Translations under genes and position numbers: made by a program | The notes under the pieces: generated by a model | What the model was told of the DNA's origin: nothing | Databases searched by the model: none | What the model saw: the letters and a program-made list of their open reading frames with translations, nothing else | Assembly (NCBI GenBank): GCA_965237675.1 | Contig: OZ250150.1 | Coordinates: 1,888,001 to 1,952,000, forward strand | Length of the DNA: 64,000 bases | Source of the DNA: Candidatus Latescibacterota bacterium | GTDB taxonomy: Bacteria; Latescibacterota; UBA2968; GCA-2709665 | Direction of reading: 5' to 3' | Part shown: one piece after another, positions 9,357 to 19,546 of the stretch | How positions within the stretch are numbered: the stretch's first letter is position 1 | Layout: each line of letters begins with the position of its first letter

Positions 9357-10133
9357 ATGCGAAACAGCAAATTGCTCGCGAAGCTGCGCGATGGCAAGCC
9401 GCCTCGGATCTGCGGACTCGGCCACTTTATTCCGGCGTACATCCGCATGGCCGCCAACGCCGGTTTCGACTGTATCTGGCTGGATGGGGAACATCGCTGT
9501 TTCTCCGACCGGGAAATCCAGTCGATGCTCGCCACCTTCCACCTGTTCGACATCGACTGCATGTTCCGCCCGCCGACCACGGAGAGGACCAGGCTGTATC
9601 GATATCTGGAGGATGGCGCGACCGGCCTGATGATACCCCACGTCTCGACGCCGGAGAAGGCGCGGATGCTGGTCGACGCCGTCAAGTTTCCGCCCGTTGG
9701 CGACCGCGGTATGGACGGGGCCGGGCTCGACGCCGACTTTTTTATGTCCGGCGGGGCATCCTACGTCGAGGATGCCAACCGCGAGGCATTCCTCGTCGTA
9801 CAAATCGAGACGCCGCAGGCCCTGGAAAACCTCGACGCGATCGCATCCGTCGAGGGTGTCGACGGGCTGTTCGTCGGCCCGGGCGACCTCGCTTTAAGGA
9901 TCGAACGACTGAACGCGGGTTTCACGCTTGACGAAGCCATTCGGAAGGTCGCGAACGTCGCGGGCGAACGGGGCGTGGCGTGGGGCTGTCCGGCGGCTTC
10001 CGCGGACCACGTTCAGGAACTCCACGACATGGGTGCGAGGCTGATCGCCTACGGCAGCGAGTTCTTCGCGCTCATGCAGATGCTCGAAGCGTCTTCGCGC
10101 GACCTCGACCGGGTCTATGGCGACGGAAACTGA
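9357..10133 (+). CDS. HpcH/HpaI aldolase family protein
   Basis: WLDGEH, KFPPVGDRG, VQIET and FVGPGDL motifs. Confidence 0.92.
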   Translation: MRNSKLLAKLRDGKPPRICGLGHFIPAYIRMAANAGFDCIWLDGEHRCFSDREIQSMLATFHLFDIDCMFRPPTTERTRLYRYLEDGATGLMIPHVSTPEKARMLVDAVKFPPVGDRGMDGAGLDADFFMSGGASYVEDANREAFLVVQIETPQALENLDAIASVEGVDGLFVGPGDLALRIERLNAGFTLDEAIRKVANVAGERGVAWGCPAASADHVQELHDMGARLIAYGSEFFALMQMLEASSRDLDRVYGDGN

Positions 10134-10275
10134 CGTTTGCGGCCTTTCAGTCCGATTTCCCTTCGGGACCAGGCAGCAGTCATCGATCGGCTTTCAGCCG
10201 ACAAGTGAAGATCGCAGACTCTCTTGAATCCCTTCTGCTCGATTGCCGCGGAGTTTCATCGAGCAGCCAGGGCGT

Positions 10276-11289
10276 TCAGGTCCCATTGAACCGGGCCAGC
10301 AACTCGGCCGCCCTTTCCCGCATGGCCGGGTCATTGTGCCGCGCGATGATGCGCTGGAGCGCGGAGACGGCCTTCTCGTCTCCCTGCTCGGCCATGTCGA
10401 AGGCCATGCGGTCTCGCCTGTCGTGGTAACTGTTGTCGTACTCCGCGATCTCCAGTTCGTAGTTCTCCCAGTAGTACTTCAGCGATTCGTTTTTCCAGCC
10501 TCGATAGATGTTCTCCCAGGTGTTCGGCTGGCTGTGGGGAAGAATGCTCCCCGGCGCGATGGGATCACTGACTTTTTGATATCGCCCGTCGATGGACATG
10601 CGGAGACGGTCGGACCGGTTCGGAAGGCCCTTGTGGACGAGCATACTGTGGAAAAAGAGGATGTCGCCCTGCTCGAACGGACCGCTGACCCAGGCTCCTT
10701 CGAGCGGATCGGTGATCTCGATTCCGCCCGCTCCCAGAGACGGCTTGAAGTCGTACACGCCCTGGCGGTGAGAACCGGCGGCGACCTGCAGGCCGCCCAT
10801 CTCGGACGGCAGATCGCTGAGCGGCATCCACGCGGTGTACGTTTCGGGTGTCCCCTGGATGGGAATGAAATCCTGGTGGGCCGGGGTCGTATACGCCTCG
10901 CGTTGAGGAAAGATGGTCCTCGCGATAATGCGCGCATGAGGCAGAATCGGTTCGCCGGCCATTCGCTCGAGAAGGGTAACGATGTTCGGGTGATGCTGGA
11001 GCGCGTGAAACGCCTCTAACCCATACATGGCGGCATAGACATCCATGTAGGCCGGCTCGGGCTCGACGCAGAAGCCGTCGAGGTCCGCGATCCCGTCCTC
11101 CAGCGGCGTGTCCTTCCGTACCCATCCGGCTTCCCGGGCGACCTCGAGGAACGCCTTTCGTAGTTCTTCCAGGATCTCCTTGGATAACAGGCTTCGGACG
11201 AAGAGGTATCCGTCCTGATGCATGCGCTCTTTCAGTCGAGGTCCGTTTCCCGCTATGTCGGTCGAATCTTCGAATGGCTTCAAAATCAA
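10276..11289 (-). CDS. Phytanoyl-CoA dioxygenase (PhyH) family Fe(II)/2OG dioxygenase
   Basis: QDGYLFVR, PAHQD, AGSH and FFHSMLVH motifs. Confidence 0.92.
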   Translation of the reverse strand: MILKPFEDSTDIAGNGPRLKERMHQDGYLFVRSLLSKEILEELRKAFLEVAREAGWVRKDTPLEDGIADLDGFCVEPEPAYMDVYAAMYGLEAFHALQHHPNIVTLLERMAGEPILPHARIIARTIFPQREAYTTPAHQDFIPIQGTPETYTAWMPLSDLPSEMGGLQVAAGSHRQGVYDFKPSLGAGGIEITDPLEGAWVSGPFEQGDILFFHSMLVHKGLPNRSDRLRMSIDGRYQKVSDPIAPGSILPHSQPNTWENIYRGWKNESLKYYWENYELEIAEYDNSYHDRRDRMAFDMAEQGDEKAVSALQRIIARHNDPAMRERAAELLARFNGT

Positions 11290-11405
11290 CCCTCCCGATT
11301 AATGTCCTGTCCCAGGAAATTATCTCCATTTTTCCCTGTCTGCGTGCGTGAGGCAACACACAAAGGCAGGCGCCGGTTCATCCCGTCTCGCTGCGTTGCC
11401 ATCGT

Positions 11406-12833
11406 TCATCCCCCGGTTGTCCGGATGCCGGTCCCTTCCCTCTCCAGTTCGTCGTACCACCGAAGAAGCGTCGCCGGCTCGAGCAGTTTGGCCCGATTGT
11501 CCCGCTCTTCGTGGGACATACCCTTGAGGTCCTCTACGTGGGAAACCTGTACACGACACATCCCGTCGAAGAAACGCCGATCGAAGTTCAGCTCGCGCCA
11601 TGCAAGGTACAGTGCATACGGAAACGGCTCTGAGGAGACCCGACCCACCGGGCGGCTGTGTTCGTCAATTGTGAATTCCGGGTTGTACTCCCATCCGCCG
11701 TAGACCGCGCCGGAGTCGGACTGCTTATAGATGACGTTGTTCGTCGCCAGGATCAATCGCCGGCGGAGCGCGGGTGCGAACGGATGATCCCGCGGCAGCG
11801 CTTTGTGCAGCGATGCCAGGCCTTTAAGGATGATGAGCTGATACCCAACGTAAGAGTTGTGACCCGGATATCCGCCGTGGGGACACTGCGCAACAAAGAT
11901 CGCTTCCTCGGTCCGCCGCACGGCGGATTCGAGGTAGGCCTCCTCACCTGTGATCTCGAAGAGCGGACCCAGGAACCAGAGCGCGAATGCGTCGTAGTTG
12001 TTGTTGCCGGTGGCGGGGCAACGGACCGTCCAATCCGCAACCCGTCGAACCGCGCTCAGGCAACGTTCGTCCCCCAGCATTCGGTAGCCCTCGACAAGCG
12101 CCAAGGCAGCCCATCCCGAGCTGTAGAAACAGTCGCGGTCGTTCAGGACTCCCTCCCGGGTGTACCACCACCGGTAGGCGCCGTTCGGCTCCTGTTCGTC
12201 GAGCAGGTAGTGCAATCCGCCAACGGCCCGTTCTCGGTACGTCTCCTCGCCGAACAACCGATACCCGATGAGGTAGCCCAGGATGATGTTCGCCACGGAC
12301 CGGTAGAGGGGATGGAAACTGAGCTCCTGCGAATTGTAGCCCTTGCCCCACGACCCGTCTGGGTTCCGGTCCTGTTCGCATATCTCGTGGCAGACCTGGA
12401 AGTAGTCCACCAGCTGTTTCCTGCGGACGGGCTCGAAGTCGTAGAGACAGGAGATCGTCCTGTCCCTGGGCAGAGCCGGAAAGCGACCTGGAGACGTGAC
12501 CTCCACCGCCAAGACTTCGAAGTCGTCCGATACAACGCTACGGATGTTTTCCGTGCCACCGAAGAGTGTCGCCGTTACCGAGTACCTTCCGGCCGGCGCA
12601 TCATCCGGGATCTCCCACACGAATTCGAAATCCGCGGGGCCGGCCTCAATCGAAACGTCGTCCCTGCTTTCCAGGAAGTGCCTTGCCCCGACGGCGTCGT
12701 TCACTTCCAACCGGGCCGACCCGCGCTGCGGCTGCCACCCTGAGGCGTGTACCCGGAGGGTCGCTCGTTGGCCCGCGAGAAGTCCGATGCTCTTGTCTAC
12801 GATCTCCAGGAACAGAGGCTTTCCAGAACGCAT
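11406..12833 (-). CDS. Hypothetical protein, Ig-like N-terminus plus (alpha/alpha) toroid-like domain
   Basis: 475 aa with RBS; repeated QxxxGx(W/Y) helix-turn motifs (RNPDGSW, EQEPNGAY, QCPHGGY, QSDSGAV). Confidence 0.7.
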   Translation of the reverse strand: MRSGKPLFLEIVDKSIGLLAGQRATLRVHASGWQPQRGSARLEVNDAVGARHFLESRDDVSIEAGPADFEFVWEIPDDAPAGRYSVTATLFGGTENIRSVVSDDFEVLAVEVTSPGRFPALPRDRTISCLYDFEPVRRKQLVDYFQVCHEICEQDRNPDGSWGKGYNSQELSFHPLYRSVANIILGYLIGYRLFGEETYRERAVGGLHYLLDEQEPNGAYRWWYTREGVLNDRDCFYSSGWAALALVEGYRMLGDERCLSAVRRVADWTVRCPATGNNNYDAFALWFLGPLFEITGEEAYLESAVRRTEEAIFVAQCPHGGYPGHNSYVGYQLIILKGLASLHKALPRDHPFAPALRRRLILATNNVIYKQSDSGAVYGGWEYNPEFTIDEHSRPVGRVSSEPFPYALYLAWRELNFDRRFFDGMCRVQVSHVEDLKGMSHEERDNRAKLLEPATLLRWYDELEREGTGIRTTGG

Positions 12834-12911
12834 AGAGGTTCCTCCTTACGAAATGGCGACCCAACGCCGAATGCAATCATGAGAACGCCCGCACGCTCAC
12901 CCGGGATCGGA

Positions 12912-13772
12912 TCAGCCATTGAGATTGCGGAAAAAGAAGCGCTGCGCCGTACCCCAGAGAATGGCGCCTTTCTCGGCGGGGCTGAGAAAATTCGCGTGGT
13001 CGCGGATCAGATCCACGGCAGCCGGATTGTCGGTCATCGGGTCCTCCATCTCGATTGGCCCGCCGCTGTCGGATTCCCACATGCAGCGATGGGCGCCGTA
13101 CGCTTCGACCACCCGCTGGATCAGCGGCAGGACATCGAGGTAGGGGGCGCGGCGCGAGCACAGCGCCTGGAGCGGACCGATTTTGAGCATCACGTTCTCG
13201 TGCCGGGCAAACCGGAGCAGCGCTTCCAGGTCTTCTTCGCAGTAGTCGGTTTCCCGGATACCGACGTGGCACACGTGGTCGAGAATGACCGGCGTTTCCG
13301 GGAAGCGCGTGCATAGCCGGTCCAGGTCGGGCAGCAGATCGACCTGCATGTTGAAGCTCAGGGCGAGTTCGTGTTCCGCTCCGGCGGCGAACATCTTCTC
13401 GAATGCCGGGTGATCCAATTCGGAGGACGGTTCGCGAAAGGCGAAACAGCCTTGCCGGGAGAGTTCGAGCATGGTCCTGTCCGGCTCGGGATCGTCCAGA
13501 TTGATCATGCCCGTGCCTGCAAACGTTTCGGGGTCGCCGGCGATGAGGTCGAGGATGTAGCTGTGATCGTACCAGTACCAGATCATCTGGACCAGGTTGA
13601 TGCGCACGTTGCCGACCGTCCGGCTGTAGCTGAAGTACTCTTCCGGAGTGAACGTGGGATGCCAGAGGTCTTCTGCTCTGACCCTGGGCGCCAGGGGGTA
13701 GCGCGCGAAATCGTCGGTCCAGACGTGGATGTGGGCGTCGACGATCCGGTGCGAGGATGCCTGCTCTACCAT
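12912..13772 (-). CDS. Amidohydrolase_2 family protein
   Basis: VDAHIHVW, ILDH and CMWESD motifs. Confidence 0.92.
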   Translation of the reverse strand: MVEQASSHRIVDAHIHVWTDDFARYPLAPRVRAEDLWHPTFTPEEYFSYSRTVGNVRINLVQMIWYWYDHSYILDLIAGDPETFAGTGMINLDDPEPDRTMLELSRQGCFAFREPSSELDHPAFEKMFAAGAEHELALSFNMQVDLLPDLDRLCTRFPETPVILDHVCHVGIRETDYCEEDLEALLRFARHENVMLKIGPLQALCSRRAPYLDVLPLIQRVVEAYGAHRCMWESDSGGPIEMEDPMTDNPAAVDLIRDHANFLSPAEKGAILWGTAQRFFFRNLNG

Positions 13773-13920
13773 GTTACTCTCCGCTTCAGAGCGGTTGTGG
13801 AGGCGGGCTTTCGGATGGTTTTCCCGGGGGCTGCCTTTCCGCCTGTTTTGCGTCTTCCGGCGGGATTGGCTATATTAATTCGAGCCTGTAGATCCTCAAT
13901 CCTGTCGCCCGGAATCCGAT

Positions 13921-14679
13921 ATGGCCAAAGAAAAATACGACGGCGTCTGGCAACCCCATATGCTCAAACAGTATTCGATGAATCCCAACGTGATGGTAAG
14001 CGATCTGGACCGGGAACGACTGGAGCTTATTCTTGCGTACGTGGCGGAAACCGGCCACAGCGAAGCCCTTTCCGACTGTGTCGCGCAGATCGTGGAACGT
14101 CACCCGAGATATCTGCGTGTGAAAGAACTGTTTGAAACCTTCGAAGCATACAAACGCATCGGCCAGGCCATCTACGAACAGTGGCGCGCGGGCAACGTCG
14201 AGACGATTTTCGACCTCGCCTGCGGCCACGGTCTGCTGGGCATTCTGCTGGCCTGGCGGTTTCGCGGACTCCAGGTGGTCTGCGTGGACCTGGAACGCCG
14301 TCCGGCCTTCGGTCACTACCTGGAAATCGTGCGCGAACAGGCCGTGCCTATGGAGAACATCGCGTACATTGAGAGCGACTTCAAGAATGTGGAACTGAGC
14401 CCGCATTCCTACGTCATCTGCATTCACGCATGCAACGAAGGCACCCGGGATGCCCTGGAGATGGCTGGCGCGGCGAACGCGTGTTTCGCCGCCATGCCCT
14501 GCTGCATCCGCGACCGTCTCTACCTGCGCCGCATCAACCATCTTGACGACTACGCGCGATACACGGCTGCGGTGGGTGTCATTGCCGGCCGGTACGGGGC
14601 CTACAAGATCACGGCGATCGACCAGCGTATCACCAACCGCAATCTCATTGTCCTTGGCGCGCCCGTGACAGCATCCTGA
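13921..14679 (+). CDS. SAM-dependent methyltransferase (Methyltransf_32-like)
   Basis: DLACGHG, IHAC and MPCC motifs. Confidence 0.85.
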   Translation: MAKEKYDGVWQPHMLKQYSMNPNVMVSDLDRERLELILAYVAETGHSEALSDCVAQIVERHPRYLRVKELFETFEAYKRIGQAIYEQWRAGNVETIFDLACGHGLLGILLAWRFRGLQVVCVDLERRPAFGHYLEIVREQAVPMENIAYIESDFKNVELSPHSYVICIHACNEGTRDALEMAGAANACFAAMPCCIRDRLYLRRINHLDDYARYTAAVGVIAGRYGAYKITAIDQRITNRNLIVLGAPVTAS

Positions 14680-14745
14680 TTCCCCAACCTGGAAGTCGCC
14701 CCACGGGCCCGCGGCGGCGTATCGATTTTACGCGAACGCGATCCG

Positions 14746-15750
14746 TTACCAACGATAGTCGGACTCCCCGGCTTCAAAGGCCGCCGCCGACGCCATCATC
14801 GTCTTCAGGTCTCCCTTTGGCCGGTATCCGATCAGCGTCTTTGCTTTCGTGATGTCGTGATCGTACATCCAGCGCACCGGTACCGTCACCGCCAGCGGTT
14901 TCCGTCCCACGATCTCACCGAGGATCCGGGCGCCCTCCGGGAACGTAAAGGGGGCGGGGGCTCCGCCGTTGAACGATTCTCCAACGGCATTCGGAGACCG
15001 CAGAGCGCACACCATGCAATGCGCGATATCCCGCGCGTCGTTGGGCTGGTAGTACCACGGGCGCCCGGATTCGTCCCGGACGGCACAGGGCTGGTCAGGA
15101 CTGTCCGCGCGCGCCTCGATGTCGTGCCATAGTTCGGTTCCGTCGGCCATATACAGTTCCGTACCGGGCCCGACCTGTCCCGCCTTCAATATCGTGCATA
15201 CCCGTCCAACCGTAAATTGATCGAAAATCGTCCGGCCCGAAAGCACGTGGCTGGGCCGGACGATGGAAATTCGAAGCCCGGTCTCGCGGGAGACGCGCTC
15301 GGCCATCAGTTCCCCGATATACTTGGAAAGGGAATACTCGTTATCGGGCCGCTTGGGATGCAATTCGTCAACGGGATGGTATGCGCAGGCGATGTTCTCT
15401 CCGTTGTTCGGGAAAACGCCCGACGAACTCACGTAGACGTACCGCTCCAGACTGTCCGCGAACAGTCCGCACGCACGCGACACCTCCAGGTTCGTCTGCG
15501 TGTTGTTTTCGAAATAGGGCCCTACCAGGTTGGCCGTGTGGATGACGGCATCCGTCCCCGATACCGCGCGCTTCACAAAATCCCCGTCCGTCAAGTCCCC
15601 GTCCACAAGTTCCATGTCCAGGCCTTCCAGCCGGCTCAGGCATGGATCGTCCGGCAATACGGAGCCCCTAACTTCAAGGTTCAGATCCAGAAGTTGCCGG
15701 ACCAGCCGGCACCCGACCTGCCCGGCCGCGCCAGTAACCAGAACTTTCAT
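14746..15750 (-). CDS. NAD-dependent epimerase/dehydratase
   Basis: VTGAAGQVG and YSLSK motifs. Confidence 0.92.
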   Translation of the reverse strand: MKVLVTGAAGQVGCRLVRQLLDLNLEVRGSVLPDDPCLSRLEGLDMELVDGDLTDGDFVKRAVSGTDAVIHTANLVGPYFENNTQTNLEVSRACGLFADSLERYVYVSSSGVFPNNGENIACAYHPVDELHPKRPDNEYSLSKYIGELMAERVSRETGLRISIVRPSHVLSGRTIFDQFTVGRVCTILKAGQVGPGTELYMADGTELWHDIEARADSPDQPCAVRDESGRPWYYQPNDARDIAHCMVCALRSPNAVGESFNGGAPAPFTFPEGARILGEIVGRKPLAVTVPVRWMYDHDITKAKTLIGYRPKGDLKTMMASAAAFEAGESDYRW

Positions 15751-16140
15751 GGAAAATCTCCTGATCGTGCAAAGACGTTTACTCGTTTATCCGGACGGTG
15801 GCCGAGCTCAATATATCCACCGCGGCTCGGCATTGCAACACCGACACCGACCCTCAGGAATTCTACTACGACCTATATAACAAGGTCTATAGAGACATCA
15901 CCAACAAAAAGGAGCGCGCCGCTCGGCGCGCGGCCGGGCGACGCTTCGTTGAGCTCACGGGTGATTGATACCTTCCATTCCATCGGGGGCCTTACGTTCT
16001 ATATGGAAACCGACCGGACAATTTACTAAATTACCTGCACGTCACACACCCGTTCTACGCTGGTTCAGGCCGGGTGCGCGACGCCAATATACCCCCCGTC
16101 GTTCGGCATCGCAACCTCATCCCCTCCCGGAGCACAGCCC

Positions 16141-17208
16141 ATGACGACCGCACACCGTTTTCGCCCCGCACACGCGCACGCCATCTCCCGCAGCCTGCTC
16201 ATGGCTTCCGGTGCTCCGCGCCACGTTGCGGATACCGTTTCCGAAATCCTGGTCAATTCCAACCTTTCAGGGCACGACTCCCACGGTGTCCTCCGCATCC
16301 CGACCTATCTGGACGGGATCGCGAGCGGCGCGATTGTTCCAGCCGCCGAACCCGAGGTCGTCCGGCAGCACACGAATACACTCACTATCGACGGCCACCA
16401 GGGGATGGGCATCTACACCGCCCGAAAAGCCATTGACCTGGCTATAGAAAACGCCGCCAATTCAGGGGTCTGCTGCATCAGTTTCAGACGCGTCGGCCAC
16501 TTCGGCCGGCTCGGCGAGTACGCGGAGATCGCCGCACGCGCCGGATGTATCGGCATCATCACCATCGGCGTGGGGACCGTGGACGCCGTCGCGCCCTACG
16601 GCGCCGCCAGCGGTCCTCTGGGCACCAACCCCATCGCCGTGGGCGTACCCACCGGCGACGCCGCCCCGTTTATTCTGGATATCGCCACAAGCATCGTGGC
16701 GGAAGGCAAACTGCAGGTTGCGCGTGCCGAAAATGCCGACCTGCCGGAAGGATATATCCTGGACCGGGAGGGCAACCCCAGCACCAACCCGCTGGACTTC
16801 TACGACGGCGGATATCTGCTGCCTTTCGGCGCGCACAAGGGCTCCGGTCTCGCGCTGCTGACCTGCCTCTTGAGCGGTCTGTCGGGCGTTCCTGAAGTGG
16901 AACAGGGGACCCTCGCCGGCGCGTTCATGCAGGTCATTCGCGTCAGCGCTTTCACCGCTCTGGCGTCCTACCAGCGCGGGATGCGCACCTTCCTGGACAA
17001 CATCAAATCCATCCCCCCGGCCCCGGGTTTCGACGAAGTCCTCGTGCCCGGTGACTTCGAACACCGCAGCCGCGTGAGACGCCTCGCCGAAGGATTCGAT
17101 ATTCCGGACACCATCCTGGATGGGATACGCGAATGGGCAACCAGGCTGAACGTGTCCCTGTCGGAAGACGCCGTCGAACCGGCCGACGAGGAATGGTATC
17201 GCGTGTAG
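16141..17208 (+). CDS. Ldh_2 family oxidoreductase
   Basis: GHDSHGV, HFGRLGEY, GTNPIA, DIATS and HKGSGL motifs. Confidence 0.93.
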   Translation: MTTAHRFRPAHAHAISRSLLMASGAPRHVADTVSEILVNSNLSGHDSHGVLRIPTYLDGIASGAIVPAAEPEVVRQHTNTLTIDGHQGMGIYTARKAIDLAIENAANSGVCCISFRRVGHFGRLGEYAEIAARAGCIGIITIGVGTVDAVAPYGAASGPLGTNPIAVGVPTGDAAPFILDIATSIVAEGKLQVARAENADLPEGYILDREGNPSTNPLDFYDGGYLLPFGAHKGSGLALLTCLLSGLSGVPEVEQGTLAGAFMQVIRVSAFTALASYQRGMRTFLDNIKSIPPAPGFDEVLVPGDFEHRSRVRRLAEGFDIPDTILDGIREWATRLNVSLSEDAVEPADEEWYRV

Positions 17209-17276
17209 GGTCGAGCGCAGGGGTCGCCCCCTGCGCTCGCGCCCACACAAAACGGGGGCGATAAACTCGCCCCCGT
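17205..17276. repeat. REP-like palindrome plus terminator-like hairpin between convergent genes
   Basis: GTAGGGTCGAGCGCAGGGG..CCCCTGCGCTCG and ACGGGGGCGA-TAAAC-TCGCCCCCGT. Confidence 0.6.
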
Positions 17277-17300
17277 CTTATGTGTTCTTCTGCGGCGTTC

Positions 17301-17894
17301 CTAAACGTGCGGGCCGCGTTCCCTGATAATCCGCAACGCCAGATCCGGATCGATCTGCACAATCATCTCCGGTTCAATCTTGCAATGGCCCGGCAGGTCG
17401 AATCCAGCGACCGCACTCCGGGCGTGCCATCCCGATAGCGACGCGTCCATCCCGCTTTCCGCAAACTGCGATCCCGGCCCTCCGAACACGTCGTGAAAAA
17501 CCGTGCTATACCCGTCCACGACCTGGGGCGACTTGGAGAATGATCCGCCGCCTGCGGAATTCACCATCCCGATGCATTTCACGCAATACCAGACGTCGTT
17601 GAGCGTTCCGAACGGGTCCAGCGCCCAATGCAGCGTCACGACGTGGGAGATGCCCGCCTCCCTCCCCGCCTCGTAACCGGCTTCCACGTCCGCGTCGTCG
17701 TTGGTGACCGCCCCGACGCCGCCGCCCGTGCCCGATGTAAACACCAGCCCGGACGGTGTAAACGTGGCCATGCAAATCCGCCTTCCCTGAGGCGCCGGAC
17801 ACGCGTCCTCCCTGGAACCCAGATCGATCCCCAGCGTCTCCAACCGGTCGTACACGTCGAAATCCCGTTGCCATGAATTGTGCAGTTCCGCCAT
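17301..17894 (-). CDS. RidA/YjgF-like protein
   Basis: LVFTSG, VKCIGMVNS, VVDGYS and HARSAV motifs. Confidence 0.8.
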   Translation of the reverse strand: MAELHNSWQRDFDVYDRLETLGIDLGSREDACPAPQGRRICMATFTPSGLVFTSGTGGGVGAVTNDDADVEAGYEAGREAGISHVVTLHWALDPFGTLNDVWYCVKCIGMVNSAGGGSFSKSPQVVDGYSTVFHDVFGGPGSQFAESGMDASLSGWHARSAVAGFDLPGHCKIEPEMIVQIDPDLALRIIRERGPHV

Positions 17895-18043
17895 TTGGTC
17901 TCCTCTGTCTGGGTTAGCGTTTCTCAAGAATGTCCATTCAAAATAAAGCCTTCACCCACAATGTCAAGCCCCGATGACGACACGGCCTCACGGAACCCTC
18001 GAAGAAGGAAAGTCGCCGAATCCGGCTTGTCTCCGGGATCGCC

Positions 18044-19120
18044 TTACCGGATCGTAGCGGCGATATACCGCTCGCCGTCGGGCTCGTCGTCGTAATAATA
18101 TGCCGAAACGACGCTGCCGTCCGGCCGCTGCACCGCCCTTGGATATCCGACGTCGTGGTCTCCGCCGTCGTCCCGCAGGATCACGGGGTTACCCCACGTC
18201 GCGCCCTTGTCTTCGCTCAACACCGCGCGCAGCCCCGAGGGTGCATCCCGGTATCCGTATATCAGACACAAACCCCCGCCGGCAAGCTGGACCATCGCGG
18301 GCGGGTTGCCGCCGGTCCCGGTTTTTGCCACCGGCCGGTTCAGATAGCGCCAGTTCACGCCGTTGTCGTCCGAGCAGTACAGGTCGATCCAGTTGCCGCC
18401 CTTGTCCGGCCCATGGCTGCCTCCCCGGCATCGCACGGCCACCAGGATGCGGCCGCCTGGAAGCCGCACGCTGGCCGGCATGATGGCGAAACCCTCCGGT
18501 TCGTCCCCGATCCACGAAACGAACTCGAACGTCCTGCCGCCGTCCGCGGTTCGGGCGCAAAACACCCTTCCCTCGCGTCCGTTGGACTTGGCCGACGTCA
18601 GGAAAAACGTGCAGGTGTCCTTTCCGTCCACGAGGTAATCCGTCCGCGCCGCGATGCCCGGCAGTCCGAACATGGGCAGACCGAACGGTCCGTCCCAGGA
18701 TCGGCACCGGTCCGTCGAGGTGTAGAACCAGGACCGTGCGCCCGCCGCGAGTCCCGTCCGTGCGCACATCAGCGCAAAATCCGGATGGGTGAAATCGATC
18801 CCTTGGGGGCACCCCTGAGGCAACGCGACCGCCGCCTCGATTTCCAGGGAACGGTTCATATGCTCGTTCGCCGAAACACCCTTGTTTCCGGGCGCCGCGA
18901 TCGGCATCGGTTCAACCGACCAGGTCTGGCCTCCGTCGAGACTCCGGGCCTGCATCGTTTCGAAAGGCCGGTCCCGGTCCCGACGGTGAAATCCACCGTC
19001 CGACTTGTGATAGCCCAACGTGAACCCCACCACGATCTCGTCTCCCCAGGACCAGATCCCGTAGTTCGCAGGCCACCCGGCGTATCGCCCCTTCTCCCTG
19101 TATACGACCACGTGCTCCAT
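18044..19120 (-). CDS. BNR/Asp-box sialidase-like beta-propeller protein
   Basis: Asp boxes SLDGGQTW, TADGGRTF, SDDNGVNW and SEDKGATW; DVGYP motif. Confidence 0.9.
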   Translation of the reverse strand: MEHVVVYREKGRYAGWPANYGIWSWGDEIVVGFTLGYHKSDGGFHRRDRDRPFETMQARSLDGGQTWSVEPMPIAAPGNKGVSANEHMNRSLEIEAAVALPQGCPQGIDFTHPDFALMCARTGLAAGARSWFYTSTDRCRSWDGPFGLPMFGLPGIAARTDYLVDGKDTCTFFLTSAKSNGREGRVFCARTADGGRTFEFVSWIGDEPEGFAIMPASVRLPGGRILVAVRCRGGSHGPDKGGNWIDLYCSDDNGVNWRYLNRPVAKTGTGGNPPAMVQLAGGGLCLIYGYRDAPSGLRAVLSEDKGATWGNPVILRDDGGDHDVGYPRAVQRPDGSVVSAYYYDDEPDGERYIAATIR

Positions 19121-19363
19121 ACCTCGTCCTCCAGGTCTTGTCCTGTTGTCAACGGGTGTCACTTTGGATCATGGATCGGGCCATCAGCGAATTGAAGACG
19201 GGTCGAAGGCCTACCCCCGGTCTTTTCGTTGCTTCATTGGGGAGTTGAAGGAAGTTCCAATACGAACCCGGCCAAAACCGGCTTGTGCACAGTCCCCGGC
19301 GGTATTATTCTATACTGGTCGCGTCATTCAGATTCCGGCGCTCGCCGCGTCCGGACCCGACTT

Positions 19364-19527
19364 GGAAGCCGTTTTAAAATCCCCGGTGTGTTCCCGAGCG
19401 CGAGCGAAAACGTGTCGGCCCAGGCGGACGAAGCCGCCCGCATCTATCGATACAGGTGGGTTTGGCCAACGCAGACCGACGCTTTTGCAGCCGCGCGAAG
19501 ACCACCGAGGGTTTTAAGACAGCTTCT
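19364..19527. mobile_element. MITE-like element, 164 bp
   Basis: Imperfect 23-bp terminal inverted repeats GGAAGCCGTTTTAAAATCCCCGG / CCGAGGGTTTTAAGACAGCTTCT; related right end at 28650-28691. Confidence 0.7.
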
Positions 19528-19546
19528 CAAGAGAAAGGACTCCTTG

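Noticed and set aside
7943-9931. 662-aa plus-strand ORF and similar long shadow ORFs (e.g. 50066..51721, 59281..60684)
   Set aside because: They are antisense or alternate-frame to well-supported genes, R/P-rich and lack motifs, as expected in high-GC DNA
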